Shown here: positions 1 to 10,173 of the stretch, one piece after another
How the letters are laid out: each line of letters opens with the position of its first letter
How positions within the stretch are numbered: position 1 is the stretch's first letter
Origin: Desulfatiglandales bacterium
GTDB taxonomy: Bacteria > Desulfobacterota > DSM-4660 > Desulfatiglandales > Desulfatiglandaceae
DNA length: 64,000 nt
Assembly (NCBI GenBank): GCA_963662465.1
Contig: OY759599.1
Span: forward strand, 2,496,001 to 2,560,000
Direction: 5' to 3'
Notes under the pieces: generated by a model
What the model saw: only the letters and a program-made list of their open reading frames with translations
What the model was told of the DNA's origin: nothing
Database searches by the model: none
Made by a program: the position numbers and the translations under genes

Positions 1-812
1 GAACGATTGGGTTTACCGGTTTGATCGTTTTTGCCTCTTCCGGTGGTATCTCCCAGATAGACCCAGTTGGCGGCTTTATAACAGGTGCCGGAAAACAAGG
101 TTTTATCAACGAATGTCTCAAGATAACAAATAGGATGGCGGTATTGCTTTTGCCAATCCTTTGAAATACGCCGGGCCATTTGGCTCAATATATGAGACGC
201 CAGATATTTGACCCGAATCCAGGGCAATATGAGAAGCCGGGTATTATAGGCCATCAGCGACAGGTTCTTCATGCGAACATCAGGAGACCATCCGATAAAC
301 TGATCCCGGCTTTTGATATGGCGTGGCGGTGAACTCCAGGCCATGCATGCAATGGGATTTTCCCCTGCGAAAACAATGTATTTCAGATGTTCTCCGACAG
401 GCCTGCAATAACCCAGGTAATGGTACTGGTCCACCAAGCTGTTGAACAGTTTCTCCAAAGGGGTGCGGCGTACCTGAATAAACCGCAGTGGGCGAATCGA
501 AATCACCGATGTTGTCAGAGGCTTTTCGGGAACGGGGATCACTTCAGGTTTTTTCTGTTTTCCCGATGGATTGACCGGAGGCCGTTTCCTTTTGGGCAGC
601 TGAATATGCCCCGACCGGTGAAGCTGCAACATCAACCCCCGGCATACCATATCCCTTGTAACACCATTGGGTTGCACCCAGTTCCATGCCTTACACAGTT
701 TCACAGATAATGCATACCGGCTGTCTTGCGGGTTAGACGCGATCAACTCCTTTATAAAGGAGATGTCTTCTCGGTTGTAGTTCTTGCCTCTGTATTTGAT
801 GATCGTTTCCAT
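1..812 (-). CDS. DUF4338 (DruA-like) protein, 3' end beyond window edge
   Basis: Manual translation from ATG 812: METIIKYRGKNYNREDISFIKELIASNPQDSRYALSVKLCKAWNWVQPNG...YHYLGYCRPVGEHLKY; absent from the ORF track, consistent with no stop in window. Confidence 0.75.
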   Translation of the reverse strand, partial: METIIKYRGKNYNREDISFIKELIASNPQDSRYALSVKLCKAWNWVQPNGVTRDMVCRGLMLQLHRSGHIQLPKRKRPPVNPSGKQKKPEVIPVPEKPLTTSVISIRPLRFIQVRRTPLEKLFNSLVDQYHYLGYCRPVGEHLKYIVFAGENPIACMAWSSPPRHIKSRDQFIGWSPDVRMKNLSLMAYNTRLLILPWIRVKYLASHILSQMARRISKDWQKQYRHPICYLETFVDKTLFSGTCYKAANWVYLGDTTGRGKNDQTGKPNR

Positions 813-866
813 GGCAAAAACATAAGCATGTATGTTTTGAACGCAAGGGGGGGGGACCTGGTTTTT

Positions 867-1214
867 TCAGGGTAAGCTAATTTTTTTCCATAAAGGCGCG
901 GCTCCTTTGGGGTTGGTGTTCCATAAAATCATCTGCTGTTCATGGGCGGCCAGCTGCTCCAAACGGCCATTTTCCGGCCACCAGTGAAAACGACCACTCG
1001 ACAGCCGTTTTTGGCAAAGCCAGAATCCCTGGCCATCATACCCGAGAATTTTGATGGTGGTCCCTCGTCTATTACGAAAAACAAAAATATACCCGGAGAA
1101 GGGATCTGATTTTAAAACACTGCGGCAAATGCCGGCCAGGCCATCAATGCCTTTTCGAAAATCCACCGGCTTCACCGCCACAAGTATCCGCATTTGGGGG
1201 CTGATCTGCATCAT
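867..1214 (-). CDS. tnpB: IS66 accessory protein TnpB (Orf2)
   Basis: PVDFRKGIDGL...FVFRNRRG..IKILGYDGQGFWLCQKRL signature; ATG at 1214 overlaps the tnpA read-through stop. Confidence 0.9.
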   Translation of the reverse strand: MMQISPQMRILVAVKPVDFRKGIDGLAGICRSVLKSDPFSGYIFVFRNRRGTTIKILGYDGQGFWLCQKRLSSGRFHWWPENGRLEQLAAHEQQMILWNTNPKGAAPLWKKISLP

Positions 1215-1606
1215 GACTGTTGCCTCCAAAATGTTTGGATCAGGGATGCAACATCAATAGGCCCCTTCACATGGACTTTCATTCTGGCGCCTGCTTATTC
1301 AAGCTCCAGATTCACTTCAACCGAATCAGCTGGTGGGTTGAGTGGTGGCAATTCTATGAATGTGGGTGGAAGAAGTTCTTCGGTCGGGCTGTTCGGAATA
1401 CTTTCAATGCGATCCTTCAGGTCACTGTAATTCAGGTGCAATGCTTTGGAAAGTTTATTAATGCTGAAATTATCCACCAGGGAAACAGCAGCATCCCATA
1501 AGGACTCAGGAATACGGTCCCGTTTCTTGCGGTTTTTGCGCCAGTCGGAAAACTGGGCTTGTACTGCTTCGAGACGTTGCTTCTCTTTTGATTTTTTCTT
1601 CGCCAT
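1211..1606 (-). pseudogene. IS66 TnpA-like protein with an in-frame TAA at 1295-1297
   Basis: RIPESLWDAAV motif; the frame continues past the TAA (AGARMKVHVKGPIDVASLIQTFWRQQS) to a TGA overlapping the tnpB start. Confidence 0.65.
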
Positions 1607-1683
1607 GGGCTATCCTCCTGAAAGGTTTTAGCCCAAGTTAAGTCCCCCGCGCAGCATTTCATGCGGGCTTGCCGAAAGGACAC

Positions 1684-2462
1684 AAAAGAGCAACAAGAAG
1701 GGTAAACGCCCGATGATCATCATTGATGAGCTGCAGGCCCTGGACGAGATCTATTTCAACAGCGGGCGTGAGCTGCTCAACGAGATGTTTAATTTCTTTG
1801 TGGCCATGACCAAGGAGTCGCACCTGTGCCATGTGGTCATTGCCAGTTCAGACGGGTACTTCATTGAGCGCATTTACCAGGACAGCAAACTGAAAAAGAC
1901 CAGCGAATTCATGGAGGTCAAGTATCTGCTGGAAGCAGATGTAATGGATTGGCTGAACGACCTGAAAACCTACAGCAAGATTAAGGATTACGTATTGAAC
2001 AATCGACAAAGACAGACTATTTGGGATTTCTTTGGCGGTTCGTGCTGGGAAATTTCAAATTTTCTCGGCAACCTTTTGAATATTGCGCATAAGGGGCAGG
2101 TTTTAGACGATGAGTTTGATGAGATGCTGCAAAATAAGCTGGTTTTCTTTCGGTCCATGTTTGTGGAATACGCCACTATTGAGCCGGAGAAGGAACAGCT
2201 ATTGCTGAAGATAGCAGCGTTGATCACATACAACCCGGCCAAGGGCTTTACGTTCAATGAACTTCGCTCACTCGTGGAAGACAATATCTGGACGATTTCC
2301 GCATTAAGAGCCGAGTTGAACAGCCTGGTGCGAAAGAATTTTCTCAGCTACGCCCCGCCCCGGGCCGAATATGCCTTGCAGGGCCGAAGCATGGAATTAG
2401 GGCTTCAGGCGTATGTGAAATTGATTCCACCTGGAGACGGAGTGAAAAGGAATGGAGATTGA
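1684..2462 (+). pseudogene. 3' part of an archaeal-type AAA ATPase (ATPase_2-like), 5' half displaced by the IS66-like element
   Basis: Highly similar to 3811-4587; has Walker B IIIDE but no Walker A. Confidence 0.85.
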
Positions 2463-2545
2463 AACATCTAAACATCGGGTTGGACCGACTTAACAACTTA
2501 ATAACACAACGAATATATCATTTTCCATAGTGTCTGTTCAGGTAA

Positions 2546-2572
2546 AGGGCAAACACACAGGTTCGCCCCTAC
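2546..2572 (-). repeat. GTAG-type REP-like palindrome
   Basis: Minus strand GTAGGGGCGAACCTGTGTGTTTGCCCT: GTAG followed by an imperfect GGGCGAAC/GTTTGCCC stem. Confidence 0.6.
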
Positions 2573-2676
2573 ATTGGTGGCCGAAAGGATGATCAAGGCC
2601 GAAACACTCAAGAGCAATGACCCATGAAGAAAGTTAAACATATTTTCGGAAGGCCGACCAAATTGATATAGGGGGT

Positions 2677-2925
2677 ATGGAAATGAATATACATGAATTG
2701 ATTGAATCAATGCCTGAGGTCATGCGGGGCAAGCCGGTGATCAAGGAAACAAGAATTCCGGTTGAGCTCATTATACGAAAAATGGGTGAAGGCGCCTCTA
2801 TTGATGATTTGCTTGATGGATACCCGAATCTGACAAGAGAAAGTGTACAAGCTGCGCTTGTTTACGCTGCTGATATCATTGGGAATGAAAACATCATATA
2901 TCTCAAGACCGGCACATCAAATTGA
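2677..2925 (+). CDS. DUF433 family antitoxin
   Basis: PEVMRGKPVIKETRIPVELI...LLDGYPNLTRESVQAALVYA. Confidence 0.9.
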   Translation: MEMNIHELIESMPEVMRGKPVIKETRIPVELIIRKMGEGASIDDLLDGYPNLTRESVQAALVYAADIIGNENIIYLKTGTSN

Positions 2926-3304
2926 TAAACAATCTCAATCAAACTTTTCTTTCGGATGAAAGCTGCGATTTTGCCATTATTCGCGCTCTTCGAGCCGAAG
3001 GCTTTGATGTTGTTTCTGTTACTGAAAGCTATCCAGCTTTAGCGGATGAATACGTATGATAGCCTACCGCGAAAAGAGACTATTATTAACGGAGGATAAG
3101 GATTTTGGAGAATGGGTTTTTTCACATGGGAAAAAGATGGCCGGCATAGTGCTGTTTCGGTATCCTGCAAGACTGCGACACAGCATAGCAAATATGACAG
3201 TTGAACTTGTCAGGGAGCACGGATTGTCGCTGTTAAGCAATTTCACGGTAATCGAGCCGGGAAGAGCCAGAATCCGAAAAATGACAGGTAACTTAGATGG
3301 GTGA
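2922..3304 (+). pseudogene. DUF5615 PIN-like toxin, frameshifted near 3056
   Basis: FLSDESCDFAIIRALRAEGFDV... stops at 3057-3059; RLLLTEDKDFGE continues in another frame. Confidence 0.75.
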
Positions 3305-3420
3305 CCTCCAATGGTAAGATGGGGTCGGACCAAACTAAACAATTGAAATGTGATAGCTTGTCCAACCCCAAGCGAAACCAAGCGAACAACATCGATATAA
3401 GGAAACCAGGAGATCAGACG

Positions 3421-4587
3421 ATGAATACTTTAAAGCCGTTTACCAATGTTCCTCCCTTTATAAACCGTGCTGAAGAGATTCATTATCTACAGTCCTGGAT
3501 AGCGGAAAAGCCCAAGAATATCCTTTTCCTCTACGGTCCAAAATCAAGCGGCAAGACCACGTTGATCTATCGCTTCATTGAGCAAAACCTGTCCAACGGC
3601 AAGTACGATATCAAGCACTTTAATTTGCGTGAACTCCTTCTGGTCAACTACAAGAGCTTTTTGCGGGCTTTTTTCGAGTTGAAAAGCAGCGAACAGGTCA
3701 AAGAAACCCGTCAGTATGATTTGAAAGTCTTCAAACTCAGCGTAGAGACCCTCAAAGGGCTGGAATCCAAAGAACTTGACCCGTTCATCGTCATGAAGCG
3801 GGAGTTGGAGAAGAGCAACAAGAAGGGAAAGCGCCCGGTGATCATCATTGATGAGCTGCAGGCACTAGATGAGATTTACTTCAACGGCGGGCGTGAGCTG
3901 CTCAACGAGATGTTTAATTTCTTTGTGGCCATGACCAAGGAGTCGCACCTATGCCATGTGCTCATTGCCAGTTCCGACGGGTACTTCATCGAGCGCATCT
4001 ATCAGGACAGCAAGTTGAAGAAGACCAGCGAATTGATGGAGGTCAAGTATCTTCAGGAATCTGATGTAATGGATTGGCTGAGCGATCTGAAAACCTACAG
4101 CAAAATTACGGATTACGTATTGAACAATCGACAAAGACAGGCCATTTGGGATTTCTTTGGTGGTTCGTGCTGGGAAATTTCAAATTTTCTCGGCAACCTT
4201 TTGAATATTGCGCATAAGGGGCAGGTTTTAGACGATGAGTTTGATGAGATGCTGCAAAATAAGCTGGTTTTCTTTCGGTCTATGTTTGTCGAGTATGCCA
4301 CCATTGAGCCGGAGAAAGAACAGCTATTGCTGAAGATAGCAGCGTTGATCTCAATTAACCAGGCCAAGGGGTTTACGTTCAATGAACTTCGATCACTCGT
4401 AGAGGATAATATCTGGTCGATTTCCGCATTAAGAGCCGAGTTGAACAGCCTAGTGCAAAAGAATTTTCTCAGCTACGCCCCACCTCGGGCCGAATATGCC
4501 TTGCAGGGCAGAAGCATGGAATTAGGGCTTCTGGCTTATGTGAAATTGATTCCGCCTGGAGACGGAGCGAAAAGGACTGGGGATTGA
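3421..4587 (+). CDS. Archaeal-type AAA ATPase (ATPase_2-like)
   Basis: FINRAEE, Walker A GPKSSGKT, Walker B IIIDE; AGGAG upstream of ATG 3421. Confidence 0.85.
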   Translation: MNTLKPFTNVPPFINRAEEIHYLQSWIAEKPKNILFLYGPKSSGKTTLIYRFIEQNLSNGKYDIKHFNLRELLLVNYKSFLRAFFELKSSEQVKETRQYDLKVFKLSVETLKGLESKELDPFIVMKRELEKSNKKGKRPVIIIDELQALDEIYFNGGRELLNEMFNFFVAMTKESHLCHVLIASSDGYFIERIYQDSKLKKTSELMEVKYLQESDVMDWLSDLKTYSKITDYVLNNRQRQAIWDFFGGSCWEISNFLGNLLNIAHKGQVLDDEFDEMLQNKLVFFRSMFVEYATIEPEKEQLLLKIAALISINQAKGFTFNELRSLVEDNIWSISALRAELNSLVQKNFLSYAPPRAEYALQGRSMELGLLAYVKLIPPGDGAKRTGD

Positions 4588-4695
4588 AGCATCTAAGCGT
4601 CAGGTCGGACCAACTTAACAACCTGATAAAACGATGAATATGGAATTATGAAACGCATAAGTCTAAATGTTGTGGGGTTGTATAACCCATCAAAA

Positions 4696-6250
4696 TTAAA
4701 AGGCGTTTTCGGTAAACAAGAATGCATTATGAACATTCATAACTTGAATCCAAGGTAAGTCAAATGTTTGGCCGTTGGCTAATTCAAAGGGACTTTTATG
4801 AGCATTTTTTGCGCCAGGTAAAAATGGGACAAAATTCCTGATAGTCGCATGTGCTCGAAAGAAAAGACTTGCCCATTTCTTATCTCGAAAACTCTCAATT
4901 TGTTTTAGTTTACGTTTGATTCCTTTTAAATAATTGTCAACAATGGAGGTTGTTTGTTTTATCCCATTTCTATTTTTATGAGAGGTATAATGAGTGGCAT
5001 TTTCTTTTAATTCTACTACCCTCTTTTTTAGTAATGGATGAGAAAATGCATCGTCATCTAATGCCTTAATCTTTACTTCCAAGTTAACTTTAGATGTGGA
5101 TGTTTTCAAAACTTTCTTAAATTTTTTATAAAGCTTGTCCACTTCTTGGTCGGTACATTTTGATTCTTTTTGATATTTTGATAGTGCATCGTAGAAGTTT
5201 TTCAAACAATGACGATGGCAATATCCGACCCAAATGTTATGGAATACGGTCTTGATAGCATTGGTTGAGGCTTTCCACTTATCTTTTGTTACACCAAGGA
5301 TTTTGAAGTCGATTTTTTGCAAAAAATCCTCAAATGAACCGCACAGGTTTTCTTCATCAACATGATCAACATAATCGGAGTGCCATACTAATAAATTTTC
5401 AGGATCGACCATAACTACAGAATAAGTTCTTAAATTTGGTTCTTTTTCAAAGCCCTCATCTTCCTGTAGATATCCTGAGCCTTTCACTCCTGCTCTTGTT
5501 AGTATTGTTGCAGGATGAAGTGTTCCTGCCCATCGATTCCAATTCAAGATGGTTTGTTTGCTTTTGACACTTTTTTTGCCAATAATTTTAAGGCTTTCGA
5601 TGGCTCCTTGAATGCTCGCATTAAAACGGTACATATTCCGAAATACGTGCCCAATAATCTCTATACCAAAATTCTTTTCCCTTGGGAGAAAGCTGGGAAC
5701 AAGAGAGAACTTTTGTTTGCACTTCCGGCATTGTATCATGCGGATTGGGAATGTCTGTTGTTCTCCTCCATTCATTATTGTTTTTCGAGGATTCCCGCGG
5801 AAACCAGATAAAATATATTCTTTAGGTCCAGAACATGTTGAATTATGGCCTGTGTGGTGATCATATTTATCGAGTTTATCTAATACTTCAATGCGAAACT
5901 TCTTACTATCTTTTACGAGAGCATGATAGCTTTCGGTGTTATTATAAGGAAAGATATATGTTTGATTTCCTCGTTTAGAAACAAGGTCTTCCATTTTCTT
6001 TTTTACATTTTCGATTATGGATTTATCAAAAGATTTTAACATCCCTATCTCAAATGCAATACTGATTGTACTATCACGACTTTTTACATTATTCAATTTT
6101 TTAGTAATATTACTTATCATTGAACGAATTGAATAAAAGATTCTAATTTTCTGTCGATCCCGTTGTGTTTTTGGAATGCTTTTTTTCCCTTTTATTGGCT
6201 TACAAATATCCCATAATTGACTTATTAACCTACCAAGTTCATCAATAAGA
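4696..6250 (-). pseudogene. IS-X transposase, C-terminal part (N-terminus at 15987-16240)
   Basis: Near-identical to 12269-14077. Confidence 0.9.
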
Positions 6251-6558
6251 CTTATCGTTCGCGTTTTAAATTTGCACTTCGATTAATTTCGAAATCTGGT
6301 AGCGGGTACCTCTCTTGGCAGGGGGAAAAGCTATTTCCGGAAAGCCTACCAGGAGTCTTTTTGAGCAACATGCATCCATGGGTTAGTAAAGCCTGAAAAA
6401 TAACACACGTCGAATATTGGAACAACACAATAGGGCAGAAAATGGAATGGATTGTGCGTAAAACACCATCGTTCCATATCTCCAACAATGATATGAATTG
6501 TCGTAAAATCTGTATTTCAATTGTGACAACCTATAAGGGCTATGACGATAACATTCTA

Positions 6559-6873
6559 CTATTGCATAACTTCTAAATTATCGCATATAGAAGCGCTAAG
6601 TCCAAAGTGTTTTAGAATTTCACGTTGCAATTGAGAAAGCGGGGTTAGATGTCTTATCACACTATCTCCTGTTTCAATTATCGTTAATGTAATTTTGCTG
6701 AAAGCATTTAATAGTTTCTCACACGTTGGATTGCTCGTAGCTTTCTTGGGATTTCCCAGGTGCAATCCAACAAGCTTTTCGTCACTTCTTGCTAATGAGC
6801 GGCGAACAACAAATTCAACCAGAGTAATTACCCTGACTCCTATCATCAGAAGATGCGTTATTCCTTTAACTTG
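6559..6873 (-). pseudogene. IS1634 transposase, C-terminal piece
   Basis: QVKGITHLLMIGVRVITLVEFVVRRSL joins in frame to APFYVKRED at 11855. Confidence 0.85.
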
Positions 6874-6963
6874 AAAGCATAGGAATTTCCATTTTTGATT
6901 TGGCATATCAAATAGTTGTTGCAGTGATGGCATTAAATGTGTCAAAAAAAGCACATTATGCAT

Positions 6964-7312
6964 ATGCCATCAAACCAAAAAATTGATAAGGAGACTTTCC
7001 GGACGATTTTTATTGATCATTGGGAATCATTCAAAGAGCATCATCCAGGGTATGATAATTCGCAATATGAAGATCCGGTTCAGAAAATGCTTGGTTGCGG
7101 CAAGGAAAGCGCCGGATATAGCGAGCACCGGTGTGTTTATTGCGGTGGTGATGTTCGCCGGATAGGTTTTAGTTGCAAGAGCTGTTTTTGTTTATCCTGC
7201 GCCAAGAAACATGTTGACGATTTTGTCAGTCAAGTGAGTAGGGTGCTTCATGGGGGCATGAATTACCGTCACATTGTTTTGACAATTCCCGAGCAACTGA
7301 GAATCGTTTTTT
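6964..7312 (+). pseudogene. IS91-family transposase, N-terminal zinc-binding part
   Basis: KMLGCG...CVYCG...SCKSCFCLSCA, YRHIVLTIP; interrupted at 7313. Confidence 0.85.
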
Positions 7313-7531
7313 CTACAGCGTCAGGATACGGTTGGATTCAATAAGCCATTGAATTAACGGTATTATCTTTGATATTTTTTTCATAATTGTACCACACAAA
7401 CGCTGGGAAACAAACCTTATATTTCAGTAACCACTTGATTTTATTGAATTGGAGGATTGACAAGCAATTGGCATTTTGATACATTTATTTGGAAATAGCC
7501 ACAGAAAACAAATAAATGTATCAGAGGTCAC

Positions 7532-8224
7532 ATGTTATCTCCTGAAGACTCCAAAAAGGCTTTACATAAATGGTTTAGGAAGAAATACATCGCAGATCTC
7601 AATCAGCTCTTCCATGTACTGAAAACAAGTTCTCGGATGAGTGTATTCCGGAGGCTTAAACTTATCGGATACTTGACAAGCTTTACGGATGCCGGTCGTT
7701 ACTACACCCTTGAGGATATTCCTTCGTTTGATTCTTGGGGTTTGTGGTTTTATCGGGGAATCGGCTTTTCAAAGGCCGGCACGCTAAAAGCGACTGTGGT
7801 GGAAATTGTGCATTTATCGAATGCCGGAATGACACCGAAAGAGCTGTTGCATTTGTTGAAGATTCGGATTCCCAACACGTTGCACAACACGCTTCATGGG
7901 CTGGTTCAATCCCAGCAGATAAGTCGGCACCGATCCGAAGGGCTTTCCTTATATACCAATGGAGATCCGGATAAAGGAAAAGTGCAAATAGCGGCGCGTC
8001 GCGTACATATACAAGAAGGGGTTCAAATTGTCGGGCCGGTCCCAATGGAAACGACCATTGCTGTTCTTGTGGAAGCGCTGAAGGCGGGCCAAGTTATTGT
8101 ATCTCAATCTGAAATAGCAACCCGCCTCGCCGTTCGGGGATTGGCCGTCACTGTCGATCAGGTGAACCGGATTTTTTCAGAACATGGCATTCAAGCAGAA
8201 AAAAAAACGTCAAGATTCCGCTGA
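7532..8224 (+). CDS. IS ORF A, putative DNA-binding N-terminal part of the transposase
   Basis: Inside the IR-bounded element; ends just after an A9 run. Confidence 0.7.
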   Translation: MLSPEDSKKALHKWFRKKYIADLNQLFHVLKTSSRMSVFRRLKLIGYLTSFTDAGRYYTLEDIPSFDSWGLWFYRGIGFSKAGTLKATVVEIVHLSNAGMTPKELLHLLKIRIPNTLHNTLHGLVQSQQISRHRSEGLSLYTNGDPDKGKVQIAARRVHIQEGVQIVGPVPMETTIAVLVEALKAGQVIVSQSEIATRLAVRGLAVTVDQVNRIFSEHGIQAEKKTSRFR

Positions 8225-8259
8225 AAACGCTGGTCTACCTAAGGCATCAGGCGCATCGT

Positions 8260-10122
8260 TTGAATGATAGTTGTTTTAAACAAGTGGTCGGGTTAGCGGA
8301 TATCGTTGTATCTGCTAAGGATGAGGTTGGGGTATGTGAACTCTGCAATGGACCGATGCGTGTACAAAAAACGTTTGTGCATGAAGGACGGACCATCGAG
8401 CATGGTACGTTTAATGTTAGGGAAACGGTACATGTATGTTCGGAGCGGTGCCGTAATGATGATGGGACATTGTTTACCAAGAGAGCAGAATCGGTCGTTC
8501 GGACCATTATGCCAAACGGCATTGTCGGTTATGACGTAATGGTTTATGTGGGTCTCAATAGGCTGCTCGGCTATAAACAGAGAGAGGAAATAAAAGCAGA
8601 ATTAAAGGAAAGGCACGGCATCAAATTGTCTTGCGGTGAGGTTAGCAATCTGACACGATACTTTTTGGAATACTTGCTCAGACTTCATCACGTGCGGGCT
8701 GAGCAATTGAAAGGGGTCCTGGAGGCGGATGGGGGTTGGCCGATGCAAGTGGATGCCACTGGAGAAGCCGGTCGAGGGACCCTATTTGTTGTGATGGCTG
8801 GTTGGAGAAAATGGGTGCTTGGCGCCTGGAAAATTTCAACTGAACGAGCCGATCTTTTGTTACCCTGCATGCGGGATACGGTCAGTCGATTCGGCCCGCC
8901 TTGCGGAGCCATGCGCGACTTGGGACGCGCGGTATCGCCGGCCATCGACGAACTCGTATCTGAGATGCAATTGGATATACCCGTGTTAGCTTTCCATCAA
9001 CACTTTCTTGCCGACATTGGTAAAGACCTTATAAAACCTGACCATTCCGCTTTGCGGGACCATTTCCGGCGTACAAAAGTACGACCTAAAATCAATAACT
9101 TAGTCCGTGAGATCGGGCGAGAGATAGGCTTTGAGATCAATGAAACACGGCAGGCGGTTCTGGATTGGCAAGAGAGGGATGACTATCGTCTCCCACCGGG
9201 ACGAGATGGTCTTGCCGTTGTACGAAACATAGCACAGTGGATAATCGACTATAAGGCAGATCTTTCAGGCCTGGATTTTCCTTTTGACAGACCGTATTTG
9301 AGTTTTTTCAACAGGTGTATGGTTGCTCTGCGAGCAATAGATGCATTTCTTCGCATTCCTCCGAATGATAAGCATGTTGTGCGCATGATTCGTCGGCTTA
9401 GGAGGATCGCTTCGAAGGTTTCTTGTGAAGTGCCCTTTCGTCAAACTGTCAAACAGTTGCACCGCCGTGCTGCTTTATTCGATGAGCTGCGAAATCAATT
9501 GCGGTTGGCAAAAGAACTCCCGGATAAGGAATCAATAGAAGACCTTAACGAGATGCGGTATCAGTTTGAAACATGGACGACTGCCCTTAAAGATCGCCGG
9601 CCAAAACGAGGCCCGGGAAAAGATATTCGGGAAGCTATTGATATTATAATCAAACATATTGACACGCATGGTGATAGTCTTTGGGGGCACAGCATATGTT
9701 TGCCGGAAAGAACAGGCGGCGGCATACGGCTTATGAGTCGAACCAACGAACTGCTCGAAAACTTCTTTGGAACAATGAAGCATGGAGAACGACGGCGCAG
9801 TGGACGGAAAAATCTTGGTCAGGATCTGGAACATCTACCGGCAGAAGCGGCTCTGGCATATAATCTGGAACACGCCGATTACGTCAATATAGTTTGTGGA
9901 TCGATCGATCAGCTTCCTCTTGCATTCGCGCAATTAGATATGGAAAACCGGAATAGGAAGAATAAATGGCTGCCTTCCCAAGAAATTGTGAATCTTAAAA
10001 AAGAGCTTCAGCTTTCTACAGCATCTCTATCGACAGCAGATAGACGTTTGGTTAGGACGGATCAGATGAATCATCGCATCAAGAAAGCAGCCAGTAGCCG
10101 TGCTCCTCGCACATTGCAGTGA
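8260..10122 (+). CDS. IS ORF B, DDE transposase
   Basis: MQVDATG, AMRDLG, FHQHFLADIG, RTNELLENFF motifs. Confidence 0.75.
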   Translation: MNDSCFKQVVGLADIVVSAKDEVGVCELCNGPMRVQKTFVHEGRTIEHGTFNVRETVHVCSERCRNDDGTLFTKRAESVVRTIMPNGIVGYDVMVYVGLNRLLGYKQREEIKAELKERHGIKLSCGEVSNLTRYFLEYLLRLHHVRAEQLKGVLEADGGWPMQVDATGEAGRGTLFVVMAGWRKWVLGAWKISTERADLLLPCMRDTVSRFGPPCGAMRDLGRAVSPAIDELVSEMQLDIPVLAFHQHFLADIGKDLIKPDHSALRDHFRRTKVRPKINNLVREIGREIGFEINETRQAVLDWQERDDYRLPPGRDGLAVVRNIAQWIIDYKADLSGLDFPFDRPYLSFFNRCMVALRAIDAFLRIPPNDKHVVRMIRRLRRIASKVSCEVPFRQTVKQLHRRAALFDELRNQLRLAKELPDKESIEDLNEMRYQFETWTTALKDRRPKRGPGKDIREAIDIIIKHIDTHGDSLWGHSICLPERTGGGIRLMSRTNELLENFFGTMKHGERRRSGRKNLGQDLEHLPAEAALAYNLEHADYVNIVCGSIDQLPLAFAQLDMENRNRKNKWLPSQEIVNLKKELQLSTASLSTADRRLVRTDQMNHRIKKAASSRAPRTLQ

Positions 10123-10173
10123 GGCTAAAGCTGCTGATGGATCCAACCGTATAATGACGCTTTAGCGTTTTTT

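Larger units (their letters stand above)
1..1683 (-). mobile_element. IS66-family-like element (left part outside window) carrying tnpA, tnpB and a DUF4338 gene, inserted in an AAA-ATPase gene
   Basis: tnpA/tnpB-like ORFs; homology of the ATPase remnant to the intact paralog (3811 onward) begins abruptly at about 1684. Confidence 0.7.
7313..10165 (+). mobile_element. 2853-bp two-ORF IS, Mutator/IS256-superfamily-like
   Basis: 28-bp imperfect IR CTACAGCGTCAGGATACGGTTGGATTCA; 8-bp target duplication CGTTTTTT (7305-7312 and 10166-10173); removal restores the IS91 frame LRIVFYKARNDG. Confidence 0.9.

Noticed and set aside
1..812. Druantia defence system
   Set aside because: Only DUF4338 in an IS context; no DruE helicase in the window
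847..855. G9 tract as a phase-variation switch
   Set aside because: Intergenic, outside any clear promoter spacer, no supporting evidence
2489..2639. attC site (ACTTAAC...GTTAAAC)
   Set aside because: No complementary L boxes found; the motif is better explained as a REP-like repeat
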